DNA of 63,750 nt from a virus. Lineage: Duplodnaviria; Caudoviricetes. Each line of letters begins with the position of its first letter. Position 1 is the first letter of the stretch. Shown piece by piece: positions 14,372-24,500 of this stretch. The notes under the pieces were generated by a model. That model made no database searches. It saw nothing but the letters and a program-made list of their open reading frames with translations, and was not told the origin of the DNA. The stretch covers positions 1 to 63,750 of IMG/VR virus record IMGVR_UViG_3300044630_001179. One strand, 5' to 3'. The position numbers and the translations under genes were made by a program.

Positions 14372-16795
14372 ATGATACATAATGTGACGATATTCCAAAA
14401 TATTAGAGATACTGACACGCCATTCTTCCGAGATGTACACGTTATACTCGATAGAATCAAGGACGGAGCCGGTGCTACTAAGGATTTGGTAAAGAAGATA
14501 CGCTTAGAAAAGCGTAAGCCTGAGAGACAGGAACTAAAGAAGCAATTACCTGCGATATGTTTTAGTGGTACGTTTAATAAGAGAACAGATGCGTCACTGA
14601 TTGAGCATTCAGGTTTGATATGTTTGGACTTCGATGGGTACACAAAGCAGAAAGAACTATTGCAAGACAAAGAGAACTTATCAAAGAACAAGTATGTGTT
14701 TTCAGTATTCATTTCCCCTTCGGGTAATGGGCTGAAAGTATTGGTGAAGATTCCGGCAGATGCAGAGAACCATACGATGTACTTTAATTCGTTAGAAAAG
14801 TACTTTAATTCGCCTTATTTTGATAAGACGAGCAAGAACCTTAGCCGAGTGTGTTACGAGTCCTATGACCCTCTAATTGCGATTAATGAGAATAGTAGCA
14901 TTTGGGATGTGATTGAGGAACCTGAGTATACTGAGGTAAGTAAGACGAGAGACAAGGCAACCATCCCTATCACGGATGAGAATAAGATTGTGGAGATACT
15001 TGTAAAGTGGTGGGAGAAAAAGTATCCAATGCACGAAGGACAACGTAATCAGAATGCGTATGTGCTTGCTATGGCGTTCAATGATTTTGGTATTAACAAG
15101 AGTCTTGCGTCATATGTACTAAACCAATTTGCTTCGGAAGACTTTTCACTTAGGGAGATTGGAACGACAATTGACTCAGCGTACAGACATACTGCAAACT
15201 TCGGGACTAAATACTACGAGGATGAGGAGCGTATCAATAGCATCAAAGCAAAGTTGAGGAGAGGTGTATCAAAAAAAGAGATTCGCATCCAACTGCAAGA
15301 TTCCAATTTGGACAGCGAGACTATCGACTCGGTGCTTAACAAGGTTGAGGAAGAGAATGCAATGCAAACCTTTTGGGACAGGAACGATAGAGGAGTCATT
15401 AAAGTAGTACACGTACAGTTCAAGCAGTTCTTAGAGGACAATGGGTTCTACAAGTATTGCCCTGAGGGTGGTAAGAACTACATCTTTGTAAAGGTTACCA
15501 ATAACTTGATTGACCATACGAGTGAGAAAGAGATTAAGGACTTCGTGCTTACGCACTTATTGGAGTTGGACGACATTGGCGTGTACAATTACTTCGCTGA
15601 TAACACACGCTTCTTCAAAGAAGAGTTCTTATCACTTCTGTCAACGATTGAGATTTACTTCATTGCTGACAGCAAAGACTCATCTTACTTGTACTACAAA
15701 AACTGTGCGATTAAGATTAGCAAAGAAGGGGTGACAACGCTTGACTACTTGGACTTGGGAGGATACGTGTGGAAAGACCACGTGATAGACAGGAACTTCA
15801 ACCTGTGCAGCGTGACAGAGAAATGCGACTTTAAAAAGTTTGTGAGCAATATCAATGGTGGAGATGTGCACAGAGTTAGAGCAATGGAGAGCACCATTGG
15901 ATTCCTACTACACGGATATAAGAACCTATCATTCTGTCCGGCTGTGATTCTGAACGATGAGGTGATTAGTGACAACCCTGAGGGGGGAACAGGTAAAGGA
16001 CTTTTGATGAGTGCACTGAGTAAGATGAAGAAACTTGTTGTGATTGATGGCAAGTCGTTTGCTTTCGAGCGTAGCTTCGCTTATCAGTTGGTGTCAGCAG
16101 ACACGCAGATACTTTGCTTCGATGACGTGAGAAAGCATTTTGACTTCGAGCGTTTGTTTTCGGTTGTTACTGAGGGTCTAACGCTTGAAAAGAAAAACAA
16201 GGACGCCATCAAGATACCATTCAGCAGGTCTCCGAAGATTGCCATCACTACTAACTATGCAATAAAGGGAGCGGGAAATTCGTTTGCAAGAAGAAAGTGG
16301 GAGTTGGAGTTGCATCAGTATTATACCAAAGAGTTCACGCCACTTGATGAGTTTGGAAAATTAATGTTTGGCGATTGGAACGATGACGATTGGTGTGAGT
16401 TCGACAACTATATGATTGGGTGTCTAACTAATTATTTGAGAACAGGACTTGTGAAGAGTAAGTTTGTGAACCTCAAGATTCGTCAGCTATCAGCAGAGAC
16501 TTGCCACGAGTTTATTGAGTGGTGTGGACTTGTAGATACGCATCACAACAGAGAGGTAATGTTGCAACCTGACACGAGACTTTACAAGAACGAGTTGTAT
16601 TCCAACTTCGTGGATGAGTATCCTGACTACGGACCGAGAGGTAGGATGAGCGTAAGTAGAACCAAGTTCTATAAATGGCTTATCGCTTACGGTATTTACA
16701 AGGAAGGAGTGATGCCACAGGAGGACAGAGACCAACAAGGTAGATGGATTATCATTAAGAGCAAACCTGAGGGACTTGAAGAAGCACCTTTTTAA
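14372..16795 (+). CDS. Primase-helicase (BT4734/VirE-N-like primase domain, PriCT, P-loop helicase)
   Basis: K.QLPAICFSG.F, HSGLICLDFD, FISPSGNGLK, EGQRN, GGTGKG Walker A, FDD, ITTNY. Confidence 0.85.
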   Translation: MIHNVTIFQNIRDTDTPFFRDVHVILDRIKDGAGATKDLVKKIRLEKRKPERQELKKQLPAICFSGTFNKRTDASLIEHSGLICLDFDGYTKQKELLQDKENLSKNKYVFSVFISPSGNGLKVLVKIPADAENHTMYFNSLEKYFNSPYFDKTSKNLSRVCYESYDPLIAINENSSIWDVIEEPEYTEVSKTRDKATIPITDENKIVEILVKWWEKKYPMHEGQRNQNAYVLAMAFNDFGINKSLASYVLNQFASEDFSLREIGTTIDSAYRHTANFGTKYYEDEERINSIKAKLRRGVSKKEIRIQLQDSNLDSETIDSVLNKVEEENAMQTFWDRNDRGVIKVVHVQFKQFLEDNGFYKYCPEGGKNYIFVKVTNNLIDHTSEKEIKDFVLTHLLELDDIGVYNYFADNTRFFKEEFLSLLSTIEIYFIADSKDSSYLYYKNCAIKISKEGVTTLDYLDLGGYVWKDHVIDRNFNLCSVTEKCDFKKFVSNINGGDVHRVRAMESTIGFLLHGYKNLSFCPAVILNDEVISDNPEGGTGKGLLMSALSKMKKLVVIDGKSFAFERSFAYQLVSADTQILCFDDVRKHFDFERLFSVVTEGLTLEKKNKDAIKIPFSRSPKIAITTNYAIKGAGNSFARRKWELELHQYYTKEFTPLDEFGKLMFGDWNDDDWCEFDNYMIGCLTNYLRTGLVKSKFVNLKIRQLSAETCHEFIEWCGLVDTHHNREVMLQPDTRLYKNELYSNFVDEYPDYGPRGRMSVSRTKFYKWLIAYGIYKEGVMPQEDRDQQGRWIIIKSKPEGLEEAPF

Positions 16796-16806
16796 AACAA
16801 ACAGAT

Positions 16807-17562
16807 ATGATTGAATTAATAAATGGAGAATCATTAGAGGTTATGTCAAAGATGGACAATGAATCTATTGATATGATATTTTGTGATTTGCCATACGGGA
16901 CAACGAGAAACGATTGGGATGCAATAATACCATTAGGGGAACTTTGGGAGCAATACAACAGAATAATTAAAGAAAACGGAGCTATAGTTTTAACCGCAGC
17001 AAATCCTTTTGATAAAATATTAGCCTGTTCAAATATGAAGGACTACAAGTACGATTGGATTTGGCACAAAAATAAAGCAACGGGTCACTTAAATTCTAAG
17101 AAACTTCCATTGAAGGCACACGAATATGTTTTAATCTTTTATAAAAAGCCGCCAACATATAATCCGCAATACACAATGGGACATAAACCTATGAATAAAG
17201 TTTCTCCAAAGGGCATACCGCATCCTGAAAAATTAAGGAATTACGGTCACATAAATTTCCAAAATGGTAATGAAGGCGGTTCGACAATTAGATTGCCAAG
17301 GACTGTGTTGGATATACCTGTGATAAATAATGATAATCCATTAAAGTTTCACCCCACACAAAAGCCGGTAGAACTTGCAGAGTATTTTATCAAGACGTAT
17401 TCAAATGAGAATGATACCATTTTAGATAACTGTATGGGTTCAGGCTCTACCGGGATTGCTTGTATAAATACAAGACGCAATTTTATTGGGATAGAAATAA
17501 ATGAAGAGTATTTTGTCAAAGCAAAAAATTGGATTGAAAACGAAAAAAACAAAAGAATATGA
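16807..17562 (+). CDS. DNA N6-adenine/N4-cytosine methyltransferase (beta class)
   Basis: CDLPYG, HPTQKP, LDNCMGSGST, FIGIE. Confidence 0.9.
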   Translation: MIELINGESLEVMSKMDNESIDMIFCDLPYGTTRNDWDAIIPLGELWEQYNRIIKENGAIVLTAANPFDKILACSNMKDYKYDWIWHKNKATGHLNSKKLPLKAHEYVLIFYKKPPTYNPQYTMGHKPMNKVSPKGIPHPEKLRNYGHINFQNGNEGGSTIRLPRTVLDIPVINNDNPLKFHPTQKPVELAEYFIKTYSNENDTILDNCMGSGSTGIACINTRRNFIGIEINEEYFVKAKNWIENEKNKRI

Positions 17563-17786
17563 AAACAGCAGTACAAGAATTAATTGAAATGATGGAAGAC
17601 GCAAAATCAAAGAAATTTGATAAAATAGATTGGCTCGTTATTATGAAAGTATATAGTACAGAAAAGAGAGAAAAAGACCAAATGATTAACTTCCACAAGT
17701 GGATGAAGATAAATGAAAAGGAAGAAAAATATTTTCATTATTCAGATGAAGATATGCTTAACGAATATTTAAACAGAGACATATGA
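17559..17786 (+). CDS. Hypothetical protein (MKTAVQ.L type)
   Basis: ORF track; ATGA overlap. Confidence 0.65.
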   Translation: MKTAVQELIEMMEDAKSKKFDKIDWLVIMKVYSTEKREKDQMINFHKWMKINEKEEKYFHYSDEDMLNEYLNRDI

Positions 17787-18118
17787 CACAAGAACAAATG
17801 ATACACGTGGGAATGATTAATTCATTTAATATAATTACGGAGAAAAATACGTTTGAGGAGATTGCAAAGTCAGAGGTGAGTTTTTTTGCTCACGTTCCTG
17901 ATGAGGAGGTACCACTGAAATTGATTCAACTTATGATGGACTACTTCAAGTCTTATGAGATGTTTGAATACTGCGTAGACCTAATGGAATACATTGCCTT
18001 AAACTTCAATGATGATGGTACACGTATTGTTGACGGATGCGAATGTCCTCAGCCTGTGATAACAGAGTACAGTAGGACAATGTTCTGTGGTACTTGTAGT
18101 AAACGATTAAGAAAATGA
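17783..18118 (+). CDS. Hypothetical protein with C-terminal Cys cluster (CEC...CGTC)
   Basis: ORF track; ATGA overlap. Confidence 0.65.
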   Translation: MTQEQMIHVGMINSFNIITEKNTFEEIAKSEVSFFAHVPDEEVPLKLIQLMMDYFKSYEMFEYCVDLMEYIALNFNDDGTRIVDGCECPQPVITEYSRTMFCGTCSKRLRK

Positions 18119-19572
18119 TTGAAAGACTACCGGCATACAGCAACAAATCAATGTGGGAATACTGCGAGATTCTAAAACGTGTAATCACTCAGTTTAAGGA
18201 AGTAAAGGTTGGTAGAGGCAAACAGGTAGAGGTAATCAAGGTTCCTAAATACAGTACTGAGAAGCACCTTGTAGACAATATTGTCAGCAGTTGTGAGTAC
18301 TATAAAAACTTATACGAGATGGAGGACAAGCAAGGATTTAATTACAGGGACTATCAGATTGACATTATTGAGAAAGGTCAGCAGATACTTTCAAAGTATG
18401 GGTTCCTGTATTTGGCAATGGAGGTACGTACCGGCAAGACCCTAACAAGTCTCGGGATAGCTGAGCGTGTGCACGCAAAGAATGTTTTGTTTGTTACCAA
18501 GAAGAAAGCCCTGAGCACCATATCAGACGACTACTCAATGCTTAGCCCTTCGTATTATATGCAGGTCATCAACTATGAAAGCCTCCACACCGTGATGAAT
18601 GAGCAAAGATGGGACTTAATTATTTGTGACGAGGCACACGGAATGGGAGCGTTCCCTAAGGCGAGTGGACGTGCAGAGTTGGTTGCACAAGTGATTAAGA
18701 AATGCAGACCAATGGTAATGCTACTTAGTGGTACACCAACGCCTGAGTCGTACTCACAGATGTACCATCAGGTATATGCAATACCTAACAACCCGTTCAA
18801 AGAGTTTAAAAACTTCTATAGGTTCTGCGACAAGTACGTTAAAATAAAACAGCGTAAGATTAACGGACTATTCGTTAATGATTATAGCGGTGGACTTGAT
18901 ACCATCCTCAAAGAGATGGAGCCTTATACTATTAACTACACGCAGCAGGAGGCAGGTTTTATGGCTGAGACCAAGGAAGAGATATTGGAGGTAGAGATGA
19001 AGCCATCGACTTATGCGATGATAAAAAAATTAAAGAAGGAATTGGTGATAGAAGGAAAAGAAGAAATAATTTTGGCAGACACTCCGGTTAAGTTGATGAT
19101 GAAGGTGCATCAGTTGAGTAGCGGCACGATTAAATTTGAGAGCGGCAATAGTATGATACTTGACCTAAGCAAGGCTGAGTTTATCAAAGAGCAGTTTGAA
19201 GGATGTAAGATTGGAATCTTCTACAAGTTCAAGGAAGAGTACAACGCACTCAAGCAGGTATTTGGTGATGACTTAACCTCTGAGCTAAGTGTCTTTGAAG
19301 ACACCAATAAGAACATAGCATTACAGATTGTAAGCGGACGTGAGGGAATCAGTTTAAGACAGGCTGAGTACTTAGTTTACTACAACATTGATTTTAGTGC
19401 TACGAGTTATTGGCAGAGCAAAGACCGGATGACCACAAAGGAACGCCTCGAGAATCAAGTATATTGGATTTTCTCTAAGGGTGGTATTGAACACGACATC
19501 TACAAGGCTGTCACAAAGAAGAAAGACTACACTGTTAACCATTTTAAAAAAGATTTTTATGACAACGACTGA
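18115..19572 (+). CDS. SF2 (SNF2-like) helicase
   Basis: RDYQ, RTGKT, DEAH, LSGTP, SGREGISL, QS.DR. Confidence 0.85.
   Translation: MIERLPAYSNKSMWEYCEILKRVITQFKEVKVGRGKQVEVIKVPKYSTEKHLVDNIVSSCEYYKNLYEMEDKQGFNYRDYQIDIIEKGQQILSKYGFLYLAMEVRTGKTLTSLGIAERVHAKNVLFVTKKKALSTISDDYSMLSPSYYMQVINYESLHTVMNEQRWDLIICDEAHGMGAFPKASGRAELVAQVIKKCRPMVMLLSGTPTPESYSQMYHQVYAIPNNPFKEFKNFYRFCDKYVKIKQRKINGLFVNDYSGGLDTILKEMEPYTINYTQQEAGFMAETKEEILEVEMKPSTYAMIKKLKKELVIEGKEEIILADTPVKLMMKVHQLSSGTIKFESGNSMILDLSKAEFIKEQFEGCKIGIFYKFKEEYNALKQVFGDDLTSELSVFEDTNKNIALQIVSGREGISLRQAEYLVYYNIDFSATSYWQSKDRMTTKERLENQVYWIFSKGGIEHDIYKAVTKKKDYTVNHFKKDFYDND
19289..19304 (-). repeat. 16-bp palindrome, copy 8 (inside helicase, antisense)
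   Basis: Exact match on - strand; encodes SVFEDT on +. Confidence 0.9.
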
Positions 19573-20197
19573 TTCAAATGTATTAAACATCAACATCCCA
19601 AACCTTAAACTAAAAGTAAGAAGGAGTTGGCTTACCAAAAAAGAAAGCGACAGCTTAACGTTTGATAACTGCTACGCCTTTGCAATACAAAGCATAGCCG
19701 GGAAGATACTTACGTTTCACATTATGACTGACTACGGAATGCTTCGCAGTAGAGTACCTATCTCAGAGTTGTTTTACGAAGAACCATCTAAAGATATACC
19801 TGCAGACTTCAAGCAATTGTGGGATTGTTTTAGTGAAAACGTTAGTGTAGTTGAGTACTTGTACTTAGCTGAAAAAAGATGCAAGGTTATCCTGAAAGAT
19901 AAATCACTTATATGGGCAACTTATATGTTTACAGTAGATTGGTTTAGTAATCCATATTCAGATGAGCCGAGCGATTATAAGTGCGGTCACATACTATTGG
20001 CTGATGATGGGTATCTCTTATGCCAACCTAACAACAGGATATTTTGGAAGGACTCCAACTTCATTACCAATGAGTTCCCTATTAGTCCAAAGGAGTTTAA
20101 AGTGGATACCACATTACAATGCGTAGAAGCTGAGAGTGACAGATGGGTTAGTTCAAATGGTGATTCTTTTTATTACGACATCAACGAAATAAAATAA
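19559..20197 (+). CDS. Phage hypothetical protein (LNINIP...RVPIS...QLWDCFS...QPNNR)
   Basis: ORF track; start adjusted to MTTTDS. Confidence 0.7.
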   Translation: MTTTDSNVLNINIPNLKLKVRRSWLTKKESDSLTFDNCYAFAIQSIAGKILTFHIMTDYGMLRSRVPISELFYEEPSKDIPADFKQLWDCFSENVSVVEYLYLAEKRCKVILKDKSLIWATYMFTVDWFSNPYSDEPSDYKCGHILLADDGYLLCQPNNRIFWKDSNFITNEFPISPKEFKVDTTLQCVEAESDRWVSSNGDSFYYDINEIK

Positions 20198-20199
20198 AT

Positions 20200-20526
20200 A
20201 TGGTAAAATGTATCTGCATCAACGACAAGAATCGTCCGAGCAAAATACCACAGAGCAAATGGCTTAAAGAAGGACAAGAGTACACCATCATCTTCACGCT
20301 AATAGTTCTCCCACAGAAAACTTTGGCAGTGCAGTTGGAGGAGATTGACCTTGACGAAAGCTGTATGCCTTACGAGTTCTTCTTAGCCAATAGGTTCGCC
20401 TTTACGCAGGAGGAATTAGAGAAGCTAATTGTATTTATTGAGGAGTGTAATAACGTTAGTCTTTCTATTAAAGACTTATTAAAACAAACGAATGAAAGAG
20501 CAGCAAGTACAAGCCAAAAAAATTAA
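20200..20526 (+). CDS. Hypothetical protein (KCICIND..RP..IP..KW)
   Basis: ORF track. Confidence 0.7.
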   Translation: MVKCICINDKNRPSKIPQSKWLKEGQEYTIIFTLIVLPQKTLAVQLEEIDLDESCMPYEFFLANRFAFTQEELEKLIVFIEECNNVSLSIKDLLKQTNERAASTSQKN

Positions 20527-20797
20527 AGAGTTAGAGGCTCAGGGATACTACGTTATTAAGCTCACGATGACTAACAAGAATGGGATACCGGACTTGCTTG
20601 CCATACCACGAGACAGTGACGTGATATTCATTGAGGTAAAGGCAACCAATGGTAAGCTATCTAAGTTGCAAGAGTACAGATTAAAAGAACTTCAAAACCA
20701 CGGAGTGAAGGTTGAGGTATTTAGAGAAGAAAAAATCAAATCAAATGAAAAGAGCAAAGGATTGGTACAGAATAAGCGGGACGATGCAACTGATTAA
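20492..20797 (+). CDS. VRR-NUC domain nuclease
   Basis: E..VQ, GIPDLL, FIEVK...GKLS.LQ. Confidence 0.85.
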   Translation: MKEQQVQAKKIKELEAQGYYVIKLTMTNKNGIPDLLAIPRDSDVIFIEVKATNGKLSKLQEYRLKELQNHGVKVEVFREEKIKSNEKSKGLVQNKRDDATD

Positions 20798-20945
20798 AGA
20801 TGAAAGAGTTATTAGGGAATACAGGTTTAACGACATTTATAAAAGAAGAAAAATGCTAAGAATATGGAACGATGAAATAAAGCCAAATGGAATATCTCGA
20901 TACGAATTAATCATCATACCCGAAATTGATGCATATGTTCGTTAA
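20745..20945 (+). CDS. Hypothetical protein
   Basis: ATG after AATCAAATCAA within ORF 20712. Confidence 0.5.
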   Translation: MKRAKDWYRISGTMQLIKDERVIREYRFNDIYKRRKMLRIWNDEIKPNGISRYELIIIPEIDAYVR

Positions 20946-20984
20946 AAAAACTAATTTTGTTAAAACGCTTATGCGAATCCAATA

Positions 20985-21173
20985 ATGGACAACAACATAG
21001 AGAACGCTCGAGCAGAGCGTATCGCTTTTAGAATAAACGAACAACACTTGTTGTTGGCAAGCATCTACGAGAATCTCGTGGACAGGGACTTCGTCCCCGC
21101 AGAACGAGACATAAGAAATCTTGTTGTAGACCTGCGACTAATATTAAAATCATTAGAAGACGATGACTTTTGA
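20985..21173 (+). CDS. Hypothetical protein
   Basis: ORF track. Confidence 0.6.
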   Translation: MDNNIENARAERIAFRINEQHLLLASIYENLVDRDFVPAERDIRNLVVDLRLILKSLEDDDF

Positions 21174-21576
21174 AACAGAGGTGGACTTAATCAGAGAGAA
21201 GAAAGCAATTGAATTATTCGTTAGCATCTTCGGAGGTTCATATAATAAGTTAGACCCACACGATATAGACTACAAAGTATTTGATAAAGACAAGAACCTT
21301 ATTGCATACGCAGAGGTTAAAGGTCGAATTAGGTCAATGAAGACAGCGTACCCATTACCACTCGCTGCTAAAAAATTAGTTAAACTAATTGACAAGAGAA
21401 TCACTCCGGTGCTTATATGGGCGTGCGACGATGGCATCATCTATGGCAAAGCCAATAAACTTTACGGAGAGATTAAATGGGGAGGGCGACCTCCCCGTGA
21501 TGGTTCGTCTAATGATAACGAGATGATGGTTTACTATGATAAGCAGAAGGAACTAAAGTACGTTCGGTACGTTTAA
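21163..21576 (+). CDS. PD-(D/E)XK-like nuclease
   Basis: IDY.....YAEVKGR pattern. Confidence 0.55.
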   Translation: MTFETEVDLIREKKAIELFVSIFGGSYNKLDPHDIDYKVFDKDKNLIAYAEVKGRIRSMKTAYPLPLAAKKLVKLIDKRITPVLIWACDDGIIYGKANKLYGEIKWGGRPPRDGSSNDNEMMVYYDKQKELKYVRYV

Positions 21577-24500
21577 CTACTGACCAAACTTTGACTTCCC
21601 GAATCCTCCCTTGCTTTTACCTTTACCACTTCCAAATCCTGCTGACCCAAATCCTTTTTTAGATTTAGGAGTATAGTTGTACATCTCATCTTTCATTGCT
21701 CTTTCCAAGCTGTCCTTTGTTTTTTTGATATTCTTCTTTGCTTGCTCTGCATCGTATTCAGGAGCATTAGGACCAAATGTTTCTTCCCAAAGTTCAGGGT
21801 CGTAACGCTTCATATCAGATTCGTTCTCATATCCTTGTAACTTTTCCAACTTGATTTGTCTTTTATTTTCTGCATTCTCATCTGCTTGCTCAAGGTCTTT
21901 ATACATATCCTTCATTACAACTTTACGAACGTCTTTGTACAAAGGAACAAGACCTAAGTTTCCTAATACCTCAAGAGGAATACGAACGGTTAGTTCTTTC
22001 TTTTGTCTTTCAATAGCCGCAGCTTCTTTCTTTTCAGGTTCAGATAACTTTCTAATTATTAAATCAGTCGTTTTAGCAGCAGGACCAAAAGAACCTAACA
22101 TATTAATACCGTAATCAAATAAGTCTGTCGGTCTTCCTTTTCTTTCAGGAGGAACAATAGTATATTGAATGGCATCTTTATAAGGGTCGTAATCTCCCTC
22201 TCTTAAAAAGTCAAGATATTTTTCATTGGCACGTTCTACTCCGTAGTTTAAAAGTCCCTTTGAAGCATTACCAAAGTCACGACCAAGTGTCAATGATGTA
22301 AATGCTGAAGCAAGTGACTGACCAAGTTTTTGCATAAATGACTTCTCATCTTCCGGCTCATCCTCTCCACCAAATGCTAATTCCATAAGTCCTGAACCTA
22401 ACATCTGAGTCAATAATGTATATACCATCATACGTGTAGCAACCGCACCTAATAAAGCACCTCCTTGCTTCTTAGTCAATGAACCATTACCAATTGCAGC
22501 ATTAATAGCTGTTCTTGCAGTAACATATTCAAATATTAAGAATCGAGTCATAAAGTTATTAAAGTTGTTGAATCCTCTTAATAATAAACTTTGATTCGGT
22601 TTTGTAGTTCCTTTTAAGATACCCATAAATGCGTTGTCAGTAGCACCTGTCATTACAGACCTTTCATCTGCAACAGTCTTTGCTTGCTCAATGGCTTCTT
22701 TATTGTCAGCCATATACTTTTCATCATTAGCTGCAATCTTTTCAAAGTCTACATCTTTTCCTGAAACTTTTTTGAACTCATTAGCAAAAGACCCAAACCA
22801 CATTGGACGCATAATAATTTTATCCGGGGTAGAGATTAATGCATCTGCACTTAACTCAACTACGTTTGCATATTTCTTACCTGTTAAATTATAAATCTGC
22901 TGAATTTTATTAGCAACAATGTTTTTAGACTTCCCTCCTTTAATACCACTTGCTTGCTTTATAATTGACGTATCAATCAACTTGCCTGATAATGTATCAG
23001 TAGGGAATATTCTATTGGTCTGCTTACTATTTACATTCTCCATAACTAATGGAGCACTTTCAGACATAATAACACCTTTATACTTTGCACCTTCTATGAA
23101 AGCCTTAGGGTCTGAAATAACAGCAAAGCCAATGTTTGAAGTAAGCTCAGAAATAAATCTTCCTGTGCCTGCAAGTATCGCACGGTAGCCTTGTTTGTTT
23201 ATGTAATCAATTGCATCATCAGCAATTGAAGTGCTAACGTAAGAATTGGTAAGTAAATTCTCAATAGCCTCCTCAAAAGCACTATTAATAGCATTGATAA
23301 TGTCTCTTTTTTGTTTAGGTATTCTACCTTCCTCTTCTAAATTAGCAATGGCTTGATTGATTGTTTTACGTGCAGTACGGATTGGTTCAGTCAAATTATA
23401 ATCCATCAAGACAAACTTAGCACCACGTTGAGCACTTGCAAATACATCAAAGTTTAATGGAGACACCTTGCCGGTTCTCGCTATCAATGACTTCGCTTTT
23501 GTAGATGGTCTCATTGAGTCGTTGTACTCAGTAATGAACGCACTACCTGCAGTTAAATCGTTAGGCTGATGCTCGTGTAATACGTTCAAGTGAACGTAGT
23601 TGTTGAGTGGATTAATCCTATCACCACGAATGATAGCTGCTGTGTACTCAGCTTTATCTCTAAGTGATTCGTTTACACCACGAATATCATTAATGGCATC
23701 CTTCTCCGCTTGATTAAATGATTTGTACAACTTCTCGTTATCAATGTTGCCATCAGAGTCAGTGTATGTATCAAGTATATCTTGTAGCATCTCTGCATCA
23801 CGCTCACCAAACTGAGACTTGCCGGCATCAATATGTTTGATAGTTGCTCTTAAATAATCTGCCGCAGGATTAACTTGCTTGTTCCCTTTATTTGATTCAA
23901 ACTCAAGCTGAATCATATAGGTCATCATCTTGAACTTAGACATTAATGTTTTATTAGGGTCAAGTTTAAACGACTTAGCAACTTTCTCTTCTGCTTTTTC
24001 TAATATATTTTGAATCTTTTTAAGCTCAGCACTAAACTTAGCCTCGCCTTCTGCTGCTTTATTTAATACTGAATTGAATATATCCTTTGTCTTGAAGTCA
24101 CCAAATAATTGGTCGATATTGAACAATGGGTTTCTTCTTATTAATTCAACAATGGCTCCTTTCTTTGTAATCAAAGACTTTATTCTTGCATAAAGTCCTG
24201 AGAACTTGGCAACCTTTGCATTCTTAATAGCATTAGTTAGAGTCTTACCATTGTTAATTGCATTCATCTTTTCTACCATCAACTGTGCGTAGTGAGGTAA
24301 GTAGTTGTTATTGATGTTGTCAATTACCTTGAGTAAGTTCTTTAGTTCTGTGTTAGTTAATCCTTTTAGAGCGTCAGTCTTTATTAGACGAGCAATTTCC
24401 TTAGCCAAATCTCTCTCATCCTTGCTTGGCAATTCACTGCCATCAACCTGAGACGCTTTAACTACGGCAATTAGTTCGTCTTTTTCTTGCTGAGCCTCCT

